NCBI RefSeq assembly: GCF_001194135.2
Contig: NC_068984.1
Span: 35,726,272-35,780,870, forward strand
Direction: 5' to 3'
Length of the DNA stretch: 54,599 nt
Source of the DNA: Octopus bimaculoides
Lineage: Eukaryota
Positions 1-12,548 of this stretch are shown in pieces. A program made the translations under genes and the position numbers. Under the pieces are notes generated by a model, which saw only the letters and a program-made list of their open reading frames with translations, was not told the DNA's origin and searched no databases. The stretch's first letter is position 1. Every line of letters starts with the position of its first letter.

Positions 1-1074
1 TATATACGCGCGCATATATATACGTCGATAAATAAATAAATAGATAGATATAAAAAAAACATATTTATATCCATTTATAATAGTGCATATGAAATGGATG
101 TTATATATTTTGATTCTATGCGCAAATTACATTATTTTGTACATTTTCGAATTGTTTAGTTTCTTGTAATTTGCTTGAAACAGAAATGCACTTATAACTC
201 TCATTACCCGACTGATGAGACGTGTAATCCTCACGCATCGGATGTTTTGTTTTCATGCATGATGAAAACAAAATATAAAATATTCGACCAAAAGTAATTT
301 GTAGACATAATATTCCCACTTTTTATAATGACCTAGCATAATCTGCAGAAGCCACTAAACGCTTGATCATGACGGAACCATGAAATCGAAGTCTAGAATC
401 GTTGAATAGATTTTTGAAATTTATTCTTCTATGAAAACTCATTAAATACACGCAGAATGGAAATGCGATCTATTTTTAATTAAATAGATAACTGTAGTCA
501 AGACAACACTTACGTATTCATTACCTTTGTTAAAGAAAAGTTTACTTCATGTATATATAAATATGGAATGAAGTATATTCCCACGCAGGGAAAAATACAA
601 TATCTTTTGAAGTTTGAAAGTGCTTGTTGGAATCGGATTCCAACAGGCGGTGAAAACGGAAGTGCACTAAGACTAATATAGAAAAAAAAAATAGAAAAAA
701 AGAACTACAACACCACGACATATATTGTGAAGGAGGAATTTATTTATTTTTTTCTTTCTCTCTTCTTTTTTCTCTTTCTTCTCCGCTTATTTTATATAAA
801 TTCAATATGACTGAACTGTACATTTGTTGTGATCTTCGCTGAACATTTACATTGATATTACTATCTATCCCTGTGAAACTCATTTGAAATTTCTCCGAAC
901 ATTTGACCACTCGATGGACTAAACCAATTTTTATATTGTAATTGTAAACTCTCTCAAATCCCACTTTATGAATATCTATTCCATTGATAATCAAAAATTG
1001 TCGAATAGATCTATTTAAAACCAATACACGTTTTTCAGATTCAGGTGAGTTTTAAACCTCAAACCAAATTCTCA

Positions 1075-1122
1075 TGTATATATATATATATATATCTATA
1101 TATATATATATACATATATGTA

Positions 1123-1165
<43 letters not shown>
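1075..1165. repeat. (TA)n/(TG)n microsatellite
   Basis: Direct reading. Confidence 0.95.
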
Positions 1166-1167
<2 letters not shown>

Positions 1168-1189
1168 ATGCATATTCAAATACTTTCGG

Positions 1190-1990
1190 ATCTCAGGGCA
1201 TAAAAATATGTTTGTACATTTTACAAATTTTATTTAATCTCTTTCAAAATACTGCCCATGGGGTTCACACACTACTCCCAGAATGTCCGCCACGGCTGGT
1301 AACACAACTGGAATGCCTCTTGAATTGCATGCGTATCTCACAATTTCCTCTCGCAGTTCAAACTGTCTCCCTTTCAGCGTTGTTTTCAGTTTGAGGAAGA
1401 GCCAGGAGTCGCACAGTGCTAAGTCGGGAGAGCAGAGGGACTGCCGAACAAGTAGTGCGCTGTTCACGACCAGTAAATCTTCGATTGTTAGGTACGTTCA
1501 ACAGGTATCGGATGTTAATTTTCACCGACACTATCCCTTTGCACGATTCCTGCGTTAAAATAGAACCACTGATCCTGTGCTTTTTCTCACTTCGTGAGTA
1601 ATTGCCTACTCTATTACACGACAATCTTACATGACTATTCGCCAAACTTTCTGAATCGTCTCTTCGTATTGGCTTGTGGTTCACCTACCTAAGTATGCCT
1701 CACTCTCCGCCGACATCCCAACATATCTGAAGAGCTTATACCAGAGTTTGGACCAGAGTTTTGCCCTTGGCACCATAGCTAACTCTCTGCAGAATTTTCT
1801 AGATAGTTTCCGCCTCAGTATCACCAAAATTCGATGAAATATCTCTGTTCAGTCATCAAGCATAAAAATAAAAATTCGATGGGTGAGAATTACACGTCGG
1901 TAATGCAGGTATAACAGCCAGGAACCGGGGCGGCCTAACAAATCAAAATTGTTGACGCATGCGCAGGAAGTGCCCGCGCTACATTAGATT
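1190..1990 (-). mobile_element. Decayed mariner (Tc1/mariner, DD34D-type) transposon
   Basis: Track ORF 1234..1467 reads CSPDLALCDSWLFLKLKTTLKGRQFE...QYFERD*, matching the mariner C-terminal YSPDLAPxD motif; broken N-terminal residues near 1750-1860; frameshifted. Confidence 0.8.
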
Positions 1991-2051
1991 TGGCAGCAAA
2001 AAATAAAGTTGCATTTGAACGCAATTTTTACACACACACACACACGCACAT

Positions 2052-2100
<49 letters not shown>

Positions 2101-2289
2101 CACTAAGGGATAAAAAGAACGAAGCTGCAGAAAAAGAAGATACTACAGAAGAAATAATTATATACCAGCCCAGAGCTGATGAAAATGCAGCAATGATTGA
2201 AAGAGTTAATATAACTAATATGCAAAGGGAAATACTCTCTGAAACAACCATAAACACTAAGGCAGATGAAAATCAAATAGATGAAGAAA

Positions 2290-2940
2290 GTCACAGAATT
2301 TGACCCAACAGAACTACATGATCTAAAGAATTAAATCGTGATTGAATGGCTGAAAAATTAAAGGAACCAGTATCAATGAACGCAACACTCTCCCAAAGAT
2401 TCGCAACTCTAACCAAAACCTGAAAATAATTGGTAAAATCCGCCTACACTTAAGGATATAATTTCAGCTAATGATGTTGATATTACAGATCTCAACTACC
2501 TGTACTGTGCATCCGCGAAAATCTCAACGATTCTATGTGGTGAAAAGATTAGAAAACGACGACATTCCTATAAACAGCTTTCTTGGCAAGAGCGTATTCA
2601 ACACCAAATTAAGCTACTTAGGTCTGACATAGAATATTTGAAAAACCTTAAGTTTAGCAAGACTACAGAAACCTACAATAGCCCGATAATTAAAGAAAAG
2701 ATATAATATGAAAACCATATTTGACATTGAAACCACCATACAAACCATTAAGTAAAAGGTATGTGCTAAAGCTTCCCGCATAGGAAGGTATGAAAACCGC
2801 TTTAGATTCTTCAAGAAAAAAGTTTTACAGGAAGATAGAGAAGATACCGATTACAGTAGAGTCTGTTCCATCAAAAGAAGTGCACGAATTTTGGAATGAA
2901 GTATGGGCAGAAGAAAAAACATGCAATGATTGATAGAATA
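2290..2940 (+). mobile_element. R4/Dong-like (RLE) LINE fragment, region upstream of the RT
   Basis: Broken translation SWQERIQHQIKLLRSDIEYL...KVCAKASRIGRYENR...KFYRKIEKIPITVESVPSK..EFWNEVW is typical of this clade. Confidence 0.65.
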
Positions 2941-3144
2941 TCTACAGACTTAACCAAAGCGGTGTTAAGCACTCACTTTCATCGTTCAACATTTATGTAT
3001 ATGTTTGTGTTTGCGTGTTTCTCTGTCTGTGTGTATGTCTCTCTCTTTCTCTCTCTTTCTCTCTCTCTCTCTCTCCCTCTCTCTCTCTGTATAGAGGGAG
3101 AGAGAGAGAGAGAGAGAGAGCGACACGACGGACATCTTTCAATT

Positions 3145-3440
3145 TAAGGCTTAAGGACGACATAAGGACTACCATGTAGTCGCTTGGAATTGATCCAGAA
3201 GAATTAGAACCCCTTGCTTCGGATCGAGCTGTATAGTGAACAAAAGTGTTGAGTGGAGAGAAAGCGTTTGAAGAGGCCAGGATAGCGCATGCAAGACTTA
3301 AGAGAGATTTAAAGAAGTATGATACTATCGAGAAGATGAATCACCATGACCTATTTGTGTACATCGCTTGAGACAGACAATGCCTTCTTTTTGCTGGGCT
3401 CAAAACTCATTTGCGGACCCATGTAAAACGAACATCCACT
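3145..3440 (+). mobile_element. RTE-clade LINE 3' fragment
   Basis: LKDDIRTTM*SLGIDPEELEPLASDRAV...KAFEEARIAHARLKR...LFAGLKTHLRTH, the RTE C-terminus with a zinc-finger-like tail. Confidence 0.7.
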
Positions 3441-3506
3441 AGCTATTCTGCCTATATGTCTGTGCACACCTTTCAATTCCATGTATGCCATAAAGTCTGA
3501 AAATCT

Positions 3507-3580
3507 ACCGACCACCTACAGCTACAGTAAAGTTCTGATCCACAAAGATCAGAACTTTACTGTAGCTGTAGGTGGTCGGT
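3507..3580. repeat. Perfect 34-bp inverted repeat with a 6-nt loop
   Basis: accgaccacctacagctacagtaaagttctgatc-CACAAA-gatcagaactttactgtagctgtaggtggtcggt. Confidence 0.95.
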
Positions 3581-4853
3581 CACAAATCGGATATGCAATC
3601 TATGAGGGTGTGATTTTTCTTTTAGAATTTTCGCGTAACTGGCGTTGCAGATGGAGATGGCATGGAGATATTTGTAAGTTATAATGAAAGATGTGTTATA
3701 GTAATTTCTTTGACTTCTCTTTTTATTGGATTATATATTCTTCGCCAAAGATTATGACGTTATAATCCTTGTGAAATTTGGACTTTCTACATCAGAAGTA
3801 TTCCGTCTTTGGCTTAGATCCCGACAGCGTTGATAGCTCAGTATACGGGTTGAGTGCGTCTCTGAAAATACCCCAAATTCACACGTGATATGTGTGCGTG
3901 TGTGTGTGTGTGTGTGTGTATGTCTGTGTGTGCGTGTGTGTGCGTGATTGCATGTGTGTTTGTTTGTGTGTGAGTATGTGTGTGTGANNNNNNNNNNNNN
4001 NNNNNNNNNNNNNNNNNNNNNNNNNNNNNNNNNNNNNNNNNNNNNNNNNNNNNNNNNNNNNNNNNNNNNNNNNNNNNNNNNNNNNNNNNNNNNNNNNNNN
4101 NNNNNNNNNNNNNNNNNNNNNNNNNNNNNNNNNNNNNNNNNNNNNNNNNNNNNNNNNNNNNNNNNNNNNNNNNNNNNNNNNNNNNNNNNNNNNNNNNNNN
4201 NNNNNNNNNNNNNNNNNNNNNNNNNNNNNNNNNNNNNNNNNNNNNNNNNNNNNNNNNNNNNNNNNNNNNNNNNNNNNNNNNNNNNNNNNNNNNNNNNNNN
4301 NNNNNNNNNNNNNNNNNNNNNNNNNNNNNNNNNNNNNNNNNNNNNNNNNNNNNNNNNNNNNNNNNNNNNNNNNNNNNNNNNNNNNNNNNNNNNNNNNNNN
4401 NNNNNNNNNNNNNNNNNNNNNNNNNNNNNNNNNNNNNNNNNNNNNNNNNNNNNNNNNNNNNNNNNNNNNNNNNNNNNNNNNNNNNNNNNNNNNNNNNNNN
4501 NNNNNNNNNNNNNNNNNNNNNNNNNNNNNNNNNNNNNNNNNNNNNNNNNNNNNNNNNNNNNNNNNNNNNNNNNNNNNNNNNNNNNNNNNNNNNNNNNNNN
4601 NNNNNNNNNNNNNNNNNNNNNNNNNNNNNNNNNNNNNNNNNNNNNNNNNNNNNNNNNNNNNNNNNNNNNNNNNNNNNNNNNNNNNNNNNNNNNNNNNNNN
4701 NNNNNNNNNNNNNNNNNNNNNNNNNNNNNNNNNNNNNNNNNNNNNNNNNNNNNNNNNNNNNNNNNNNNNNNNNNNNNNNNNNNNNNNNNNNNNNNNNNNN
4801 NNNNNNNNNNNNNNNNNNNNNNNNNNNNNNNNNNNNNNNNNNNNNNNNNNNNN

Positions 4854-4899
<46 letters not shown>

Positions 4900-5981
4900 G
4901 TGTTTCTCACTCTACTTATTCACATACTAATATACACATCAATATATACGTGTTGTGGAGCGCGCGTATAGATAAAACTTCAAGCATGTGTGTGTATGTG
5001 TGTTCATCTCTGTCTATGTGAGTGTGTGTTTGTATCAGTAATGGATTTAAGATCAATATTATCTTTAGAGCAATGTATTCTTTATTATGTTATTAAAGAA
5101 CACATTATTCATGATGTTTTTAAATGGAAGGAAATGACAAAAATGCTACGATATGAAATTTATTCTTTTATACTTGAATATAAGCTAAACATTATAAACG
5201 TAAAAATAAAATAATATTACAGCAATAAATTTTCTATTCAGCAATTTAATATATATACTTTTTCACTTCTTCCATAGTTTTCAATGGAAATTCTTTGTAT
5301 CATGTATGTTGCTTGTATTTTAGCGACAGAATATACACAAACACACACTCATATACAAATACAAAAGTGGACGTTAAAATGGCATATAGGAAAATACGAA
5401 TAGATGAGAAATATTTAGAAAATTTACATCACGAGTATACACTGAAACAGAATAGATTTTGTTTTTAAATATGCGAAAATATACAAATTACTTAAACCAA
5501 CAACTAATAATATATTCAAGTAATTATTAATGAAACACGAATTGATTTTATTATTAGTTTTGCACAAATACAAAAACAGTTTATATTTGAATAATTCGTA
5601 AGAGGTACTAAGTTGGTTTCCATACACAATCTGTCATTATTTTTCGTTTCTCTCCTGATAAATATCTAAATATTGAAATTAACTAATTATTCATAAACAA
5701 GTATATCATTTAAAATTCTCCTGATAATATGTGATGTCAAAATATAAAGTGATTTATTGATAAAATTATAGAGTTGTATTTAATGCATATTCGGTGATCC
5801 AATCATCACACGACATTGAGAAAGAATTCGTTTCTATTTTATAATCTTCTAAATTTGTTTCTAATATATCTTCATGATTTCATTTCTTTATATACATAAC
5901 AGGTGCGTAGTTATAATCTCCAATCGCAGCAGTGTTACTCATTGAGCACGTTCAATATTCTGTGGTTTCGAATGGATGGAT

Positions 5982-6021
5982 CTAGTATATATCAAATTCT
6001 ACACGGAAATTGTAATGTAGC
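5982..6021 (-). CDS. Candidate terminal coding exon (LHYNFRVEFDIY*)
   Basis: Weak AAG acceptor (cctgcttcacaag), phase 2 matches the upstream exon, ends in TAG at 5984-5982. Confidence 0.35.
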
Positions 6022-7608
6022 CTTGTGAAGCAGGACATTCACATATCCACATATATTTACACACATAAAAAACTAGTACTTTGGCATGAAAAAACACCCA
6101 CCCACACACGCACACATATATATACACGCATATACATACATACATACATACATACATACTTAAGAGATGAAGGAGGTAGATTTATGAGATCAGTGTGTAG
6201 ATAGCCTTCGAATGTCGGATAGTCTTTCTTAGACAGCACTTCATAAACAACAGCTGCAAAAACGAATGAATTAACTTAGAGCTGAAAAGTGAAGTGAAAA
6301 GTATCCTACACATTGGCAGCGACCTCCCCAGGAAGCACTCTTTCTGCTGACCTTCCATACAACCCCAAATCAGCCGGTCTGACATACCTCAGAGTGGACT
6401 TCACTGTGAAATGTTCAGCATGCCAAACCAAGACTATGCATGAGTATGTTTCAGAAAGACATATCTTTGTGTGTTTGGGTATATCTGTCTGGCACTAACC
6501 GTTTAAAATAGTGCCACAGCGGTTAACTTACAAAACATAAAACAAAAGGAAAATGAGTCGAATACTTGCCTAACGTAGCTACATGATATGTTGGGAGCCA
6601 AATAACCTTGAAGTCGATGTGAAGCATAAGCGCATAATGAAGTTTTGAAGATTTAATGATTAGAAAAATGTAACTATGTATATATGTAGTCTGACATGAT
6701 TTTTGCGTATACAAATATGCATGTAGATATGGATGTATGTATACAGCCAGAACAATAAAAGGTTAGAGAGACAGTGGCAACTGAAAGTGACATGGCCGTT
6801 CGTGATAGTGAACTTGGATGCCATAGGATGAAGCTATGAACCTAGTTTTCGTTGTCTTGCAATGTATCAGGTATCATAGATTTCATCCCGCTGTAAAACA
6901 GCTTCATTTGTTGGATACACATACATCTGATTTCTGTTGTATGAAAGCTATTTGATAAAATAACTCTGCCGTATTCTCGCCGGAGATCCGAGAGCAGAGC
7001 TCCTGAAAGCTGAATTGACTCATAACATGACTCATAGAATTGAACCCATGTATGTTATCATTTCTGCAATAATCTTATGTGACATGAACTAGTCTTAATA
7101 TTAGATGGCTAAAAAAGAAAAAAATATTAGATGGCTAACCTGCACCTAAGTATATTCTCTTCATCTCTTCAATCGAAAGTAAAGTAAAAATTGTACTAAA
7201 AGGACTTCTATCTAAAATAAATTTTACACAATGCATTCGCTAAATTCGATATTCCTAAGGCCTTCTTTAATCTAATACGTGCAGTCCCGAGTGTATTTGC
7301 TTGGAAGTTAATATTGTGCAACAGATATCACTTTCCTACGTGAAAATTGTGGTTAGATAGATAGTAAGCAGCGCGTAATTCATTCACGTGTGTTGCTGAC
7401 ATCTATACGGTCTGTAAGGAAGTGATTTTCCCTGAAACAAAAGCCAGAAGATTCTGCTTTCAGCAGTATATATACACTAAATTAAATGCACAGTTAGCGA
7501 TTTAGATTTAATTCCAATTCAGTTAAGCTCATGGACATCATAAATGTAAATATGTGTGTGCACAAATATTTAGATAGATATAGATAGATAAATAGATAAA
7601 TAGATAAT

Positions 7609-7676
<68 letters not shown>

Positions 7677-9288
7677 AATTTAGATAGATACACCAACTGT
7701 CAGACAGACAGATTGATACATGCATAATTCATACAAACATGAATGCAAGCATAAATATAGGTATATGTATTATATCTGCGCACAAATTTATCTATATAGA
7801 TACAGGTTGATAGTGACTTCGAATTTAGTGCTGCTTGTTGTTGAGCTTTCGTAAACGTTTGTAATAGCGGAACATTAAAAAAAAAAAAAAAAGATATATT
7901 GCCATTTTGTTTTTTAATTACATGGAAAATGTATAAGGCGTAAAATGTTCTTTCACAATGCAATGTACATTAATAAACCCAGCAATATTCTGTTCATTGA
8001 ATGAAGTACATAGCAATGAACTTAAGAATCTTTTCGCCACATTCAAAGGCCGAGATTTTCTCCTTTTGGGTTTCTACTCGTGACTTAAAGCAAATATTAA
8101 CGTATACCTACTGTGTAGATTGTCATAACATATACATAAGTCCTAATGTTATGTACATTCTCAATCGCATATTTTTGATTTTATTCACACCCTTTTTCCC
8201 TCGGAATACCTAATCCCCTACCAATTTGGTTATTTCCCCTGATAACAAGTTTTGTTTCATCCAAACAAACAGATTTGAATTTTACGAAAAGATAAGAAAT
8301 CAATATCTTAATGTTAATGGTTTAAAAAATCAATATTACTTTTATAAAATTGCTACTTAATTTTTCAGATTATTTAGTTTGAACAAGAGAAAACAGTATG
8401 TATTTCAATAAATAGAGATCATTTAGAATATTCAGACTACAATAGCGTTTATAAAAATATTAGAATTCAAAATTATTTGAAATAAGTAACATCAGCATTA
8501 TTCGAAAACAATTTTGCAAAAGAAATCTCGTTTATCATTAGCTTAATGTCAATTTATTTCTACATTATATTTTCTATATTTCATATATTTGAAAATTAGT
8601 AAAAAAATATGAGCGTATTGTTCATTTTCTACCTACTTATGGAATATTTACTTTATATATGTGTGTATGTGTATATGAGTGTTTTTGAGCGCGTGTGAGT
8701 GCGTGAGTGGATATTTTGCATTCATAATGTTGTATCAGTTTTTGTTGAGATCATACCTTCATAAAAATTATAGCTCGCTTTTCTTTTCGCGAAATAAATT
8801 CTGTATTCTGTATGTATTAAAATGGTAATTCATATGTTTCATACTGGGAACCAATTAATACTAACATTGAAAGATAACGACAGAGACACATCACTGAGCA
8901 CTAATTCATTCGGTAATACTTTCTTTCGCTGCGATCTTAGAGTAGTTTTGTCATCATCATTGCTGAAAAGACAACACGATTATCGTCAGGGATTAATTCT
9001 AATTTTCAATAAATCAATAAGGAGTTTTTTTAGCGAATTAATATAATAATCTGTTGTAATAACGCCTAGTAGACTATAAATTCAATTTAATGACAACAGT
9101 TATGTAAATGCAGATAATTTAACAAATACACCGGCACAGAATTTTCTGACCGAATTTTGTCTTATGTGGTAACATGTAACATAAGAGAAAGAAAATTATT
9201 AGCTAAATGTTTACATATTCATTTGCTGATTTCTAATCCTTTTACATATTGGCATATATGCAATTCATACATTAGTTTCTGTATATAC

Positions 9289-9383
<95 letters not shown>

Positions 9384-11530
9384 GTAAACAGAAAATGGAG
9401 AAATATCGATTCACAACAATTGACTTACATCGATTATTACCTTGTAATTCAATACAAATAGATTACCTCCCATCTAACAGTTGTCTCTGTTTCCAATGTT
9501 GTATGGTATTGCCATTGATATGTTAAGAATAATATTCATCGTATTTGGAAATAAAACCGATCTGGAACATGGAGCTTCATCAGAGTGAAGAAAAATGCAT
9601 ACATAGAAGAAAAGAAAAGAAGACCCTAGAGATGAAAAGGAATGGCTGAATATGTTTAAATTATACTACTTTCCTTATGTGTCTCTTTGTGACGTTGAGG
9701 AAATGACTAAACTTAAAATAGTAATTGGTGGGTTAATTTCTTCTATGGAAATAATAGGGTGGATAAGTAATAAAACACGTAAAAATATTTTTTAAATAGC
9801 AATAATGGCATGAGACAACAGGTTTAGTCAGAGAGGGAATGAAGGAACCATAAAGTTTTGAAGCAACCAAAACAGTTTTTAATAATAGTGTTTATAATAC
9901 TAATTTATTATTTCTACCACAACAAAGTGGTAAACAGTTTATTTCAATTATTTGCTTACTAATATGTGGTAAAGTTCAACCGCCTATTGCCGTAATGGGA
10001 TTGATCAAGGTCCAGCGGTCGGTATAATTGGTCAGTTAAATTTAAAAACATTCTGTCAGTCATACGAAAAAAGTATACGGATAAATCCTTAAACTTATTA
10101 AATTATTACAATTTAATTACTTGCTAATCAATAATATTAATACGCTAACGTTTTTGTTGCTGTACGTATCTGTTGTATAAGTCGCACTTTCTTCGAAGTG
10201 GCAAAGCGAGAGAGAGGAGTACAGAGAGGAAGTAAGAGAGAGAGAGAGAGAGAGAGAGTAAAAGAGAGAGAGTAAAAGAGAGAGAGTAAAAGAGAGAGAG
10301 TAAAAGAGAGAGAGAGTAAAAGAGAGAGAGTAAAAGAGAGAGAGTAAAAGAGAGAGAGAGAGAGAGTAAAGAGAGATTGAGTGGTGACGGCGTTCGCTTT
10401 GTATTTGTATATGTTTCAGAGAGAACGTAAGAGAGAAAGAGAGAGAGAGAGAGTGCGTAAGAGAGAGACAAAGAGAAAGTGAGAGAGAAAGAGAGAGAAA
10501 GAGAGAGACAGTGAGTGTTGACGCTGTTCATTTTGTGTTTTTAAATGTTTATCACATTGCAAGAGAAGTAGATACATAGATATATATACACATTGTTAAA
10601 TCAAATGCGAGAGAGAAAAGGGGCACAAAAGAAGTGAAAGTGAAAAAGAGAAAGTGAAACAGACAGTTCATACATAGATACATTGACACAGCAAATATTG
10701 ACTGTTAATTTTAACTTGCATTACTATAAATGATAAAATTAACTCACAAATGGCTGAGTACTCCAGAGACATGCATAACATTAACGTAGTTTTATGTGTG
10801 TGCATAGTATAGGTTAGTTAAAACATGTTTGCAATAAGTGTCACGTGATGGAAATCAACGCAATTACCAAACATTCATTCATAAATCCATTTATTATTTC
10901 GCTCCTTTGCATTTCAATTTGTACATTTGTACCCAGAAATTTTCAACAACTGCACGCCAGATGAAATGGAAAAATGAGTAATTTTATCTCCTAAAAATTT
11001 TGACTGTCTTGCAATAAATGAAAAAGTTCCTGATATTATACCAGAGGCACTTAAAACATACTTAAGCACAGATTCAGTGTCCTGCAATAATGAAGAGGAC
11101 GTTCATAAACTCACTTCATGCGGTATGCCTTGTCATTGCCTTAATTTAAAAGTAGGGGCTATTGTAATGCTGGTAAGAAATTTTGCGATCAGTCAAGGAT
11201 TATGTAGTGGAACTAGCATTAAAGGGCAAAGACTTCATGAACATTGTGTAAAGGCACTCAAATAGGATAACGTACAAGGCCAAAAGCATGGTGTGACATA
11301 CACACAGAATATTGTCTACCATGAAGTACTGTGAGGAAGACCTCCGCACCAACTAGCATCACTATCACACCAGCCGCTCCATCATTACACATCCACATAC
11401 CACCTTTAAGATCAGGGAACCAATTGGGGGCCCACTGGATCTCTCACAGCATACCAGCAAGCCACAAAATTGCACCAGTCAGCATCACCATTAGCTCCAG
11501 GCCCGTCATATAAATGTACGTATTTATGTA

Positions 11531-11566
<36 letters not shown>

Positions 11567-12197
11567 TATTTGTTCCACCACCACCATTGCTTGACAACCG
11601 ATGTTGGTGCGTTTCCGTCCCTGTATTTTAGCTGTTCAACAGAAGAGACTGATAGAATAAGCACCAGACTTACAGGGAATAAGTGCAGGGATCAATTTCT
11701 TCGACTAAAGGGTGGTGCTTTATATGACTGTTTCACTTCCTTAGGTGCAAACTTGCGTAACTCCATGAGCGTTAAGGTCCTGATATTGTAAACATTCTGA
11801 AAAAAAGACGCGAATATATCAAAGTTCAGTAGCACAATGGTAGCGTAGGTGGCTATTAAGTGGTAAAACTAAATAAATAGAAAAATGGTTGATAGTGTAA
11901 GGGGGGGGAGTTAAAGATTGGCTTTAAAGATAATGTAAGGTATATAAACACAGAGCATCTAAGAATATAGTGTACAAAGATAGCCACGAAGATAAGAGAG
12001 AGGACGAAGATGTAGAGAATGATAACGTAAAATAATAAACAAAATAGTGCAAAATGAAAGGGATTTCAAGAGAATAATAGGTGCCAGTTGTATTCTTGTC
12101 GTCTATAGGAGTTGGGAAGGAAATCTAGTAGTAACTGCGCGGGCTACTAACCGCAAGATTCTGAGTTCGATTCCAGGCAGTGACCTAAATAATAATG

Positions 12198-12270
<73 letters not shown>

Positions 12271-12488
12271 CAACAACATCTAAAAGTACCTTAGGAATAA
12301 GAACCCAGGTTCAAAATTTCCCTAAGACAGCTGATGAAGGCTGAAGAGTATATCAGCCGAAACGTTGTGTTAACAACAGCCAAGATGAGGGCAAACGTCC
12401 GTCAATTGTAAATAATGTAAGCAATGTACATAATTCGTTATCTCTTAAATATAGAACTGTATTATTTATATATACATATGCATGTATG

Positions 12489-12548
<60 letters not shown>

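Noticed and set aside
205-242. ccgaCTGATGAgacgtg...cacgcatcgg, hammerhead-like start
   Set aside because: The required GAAA after stem II is missing.
6390-6405. 16-nt minus-strand mini-exon (tttcacag / gtatgt)
   Set aside because: Its length breaks the frame and no phase fits the flanking exons without a stop; at most a poison exon.
12126-12186. tRNA gene
   Set aside because: B-box and a partial anticodon arm only; no full cloverleaf or acceptor stem, so treated as a SINE head.
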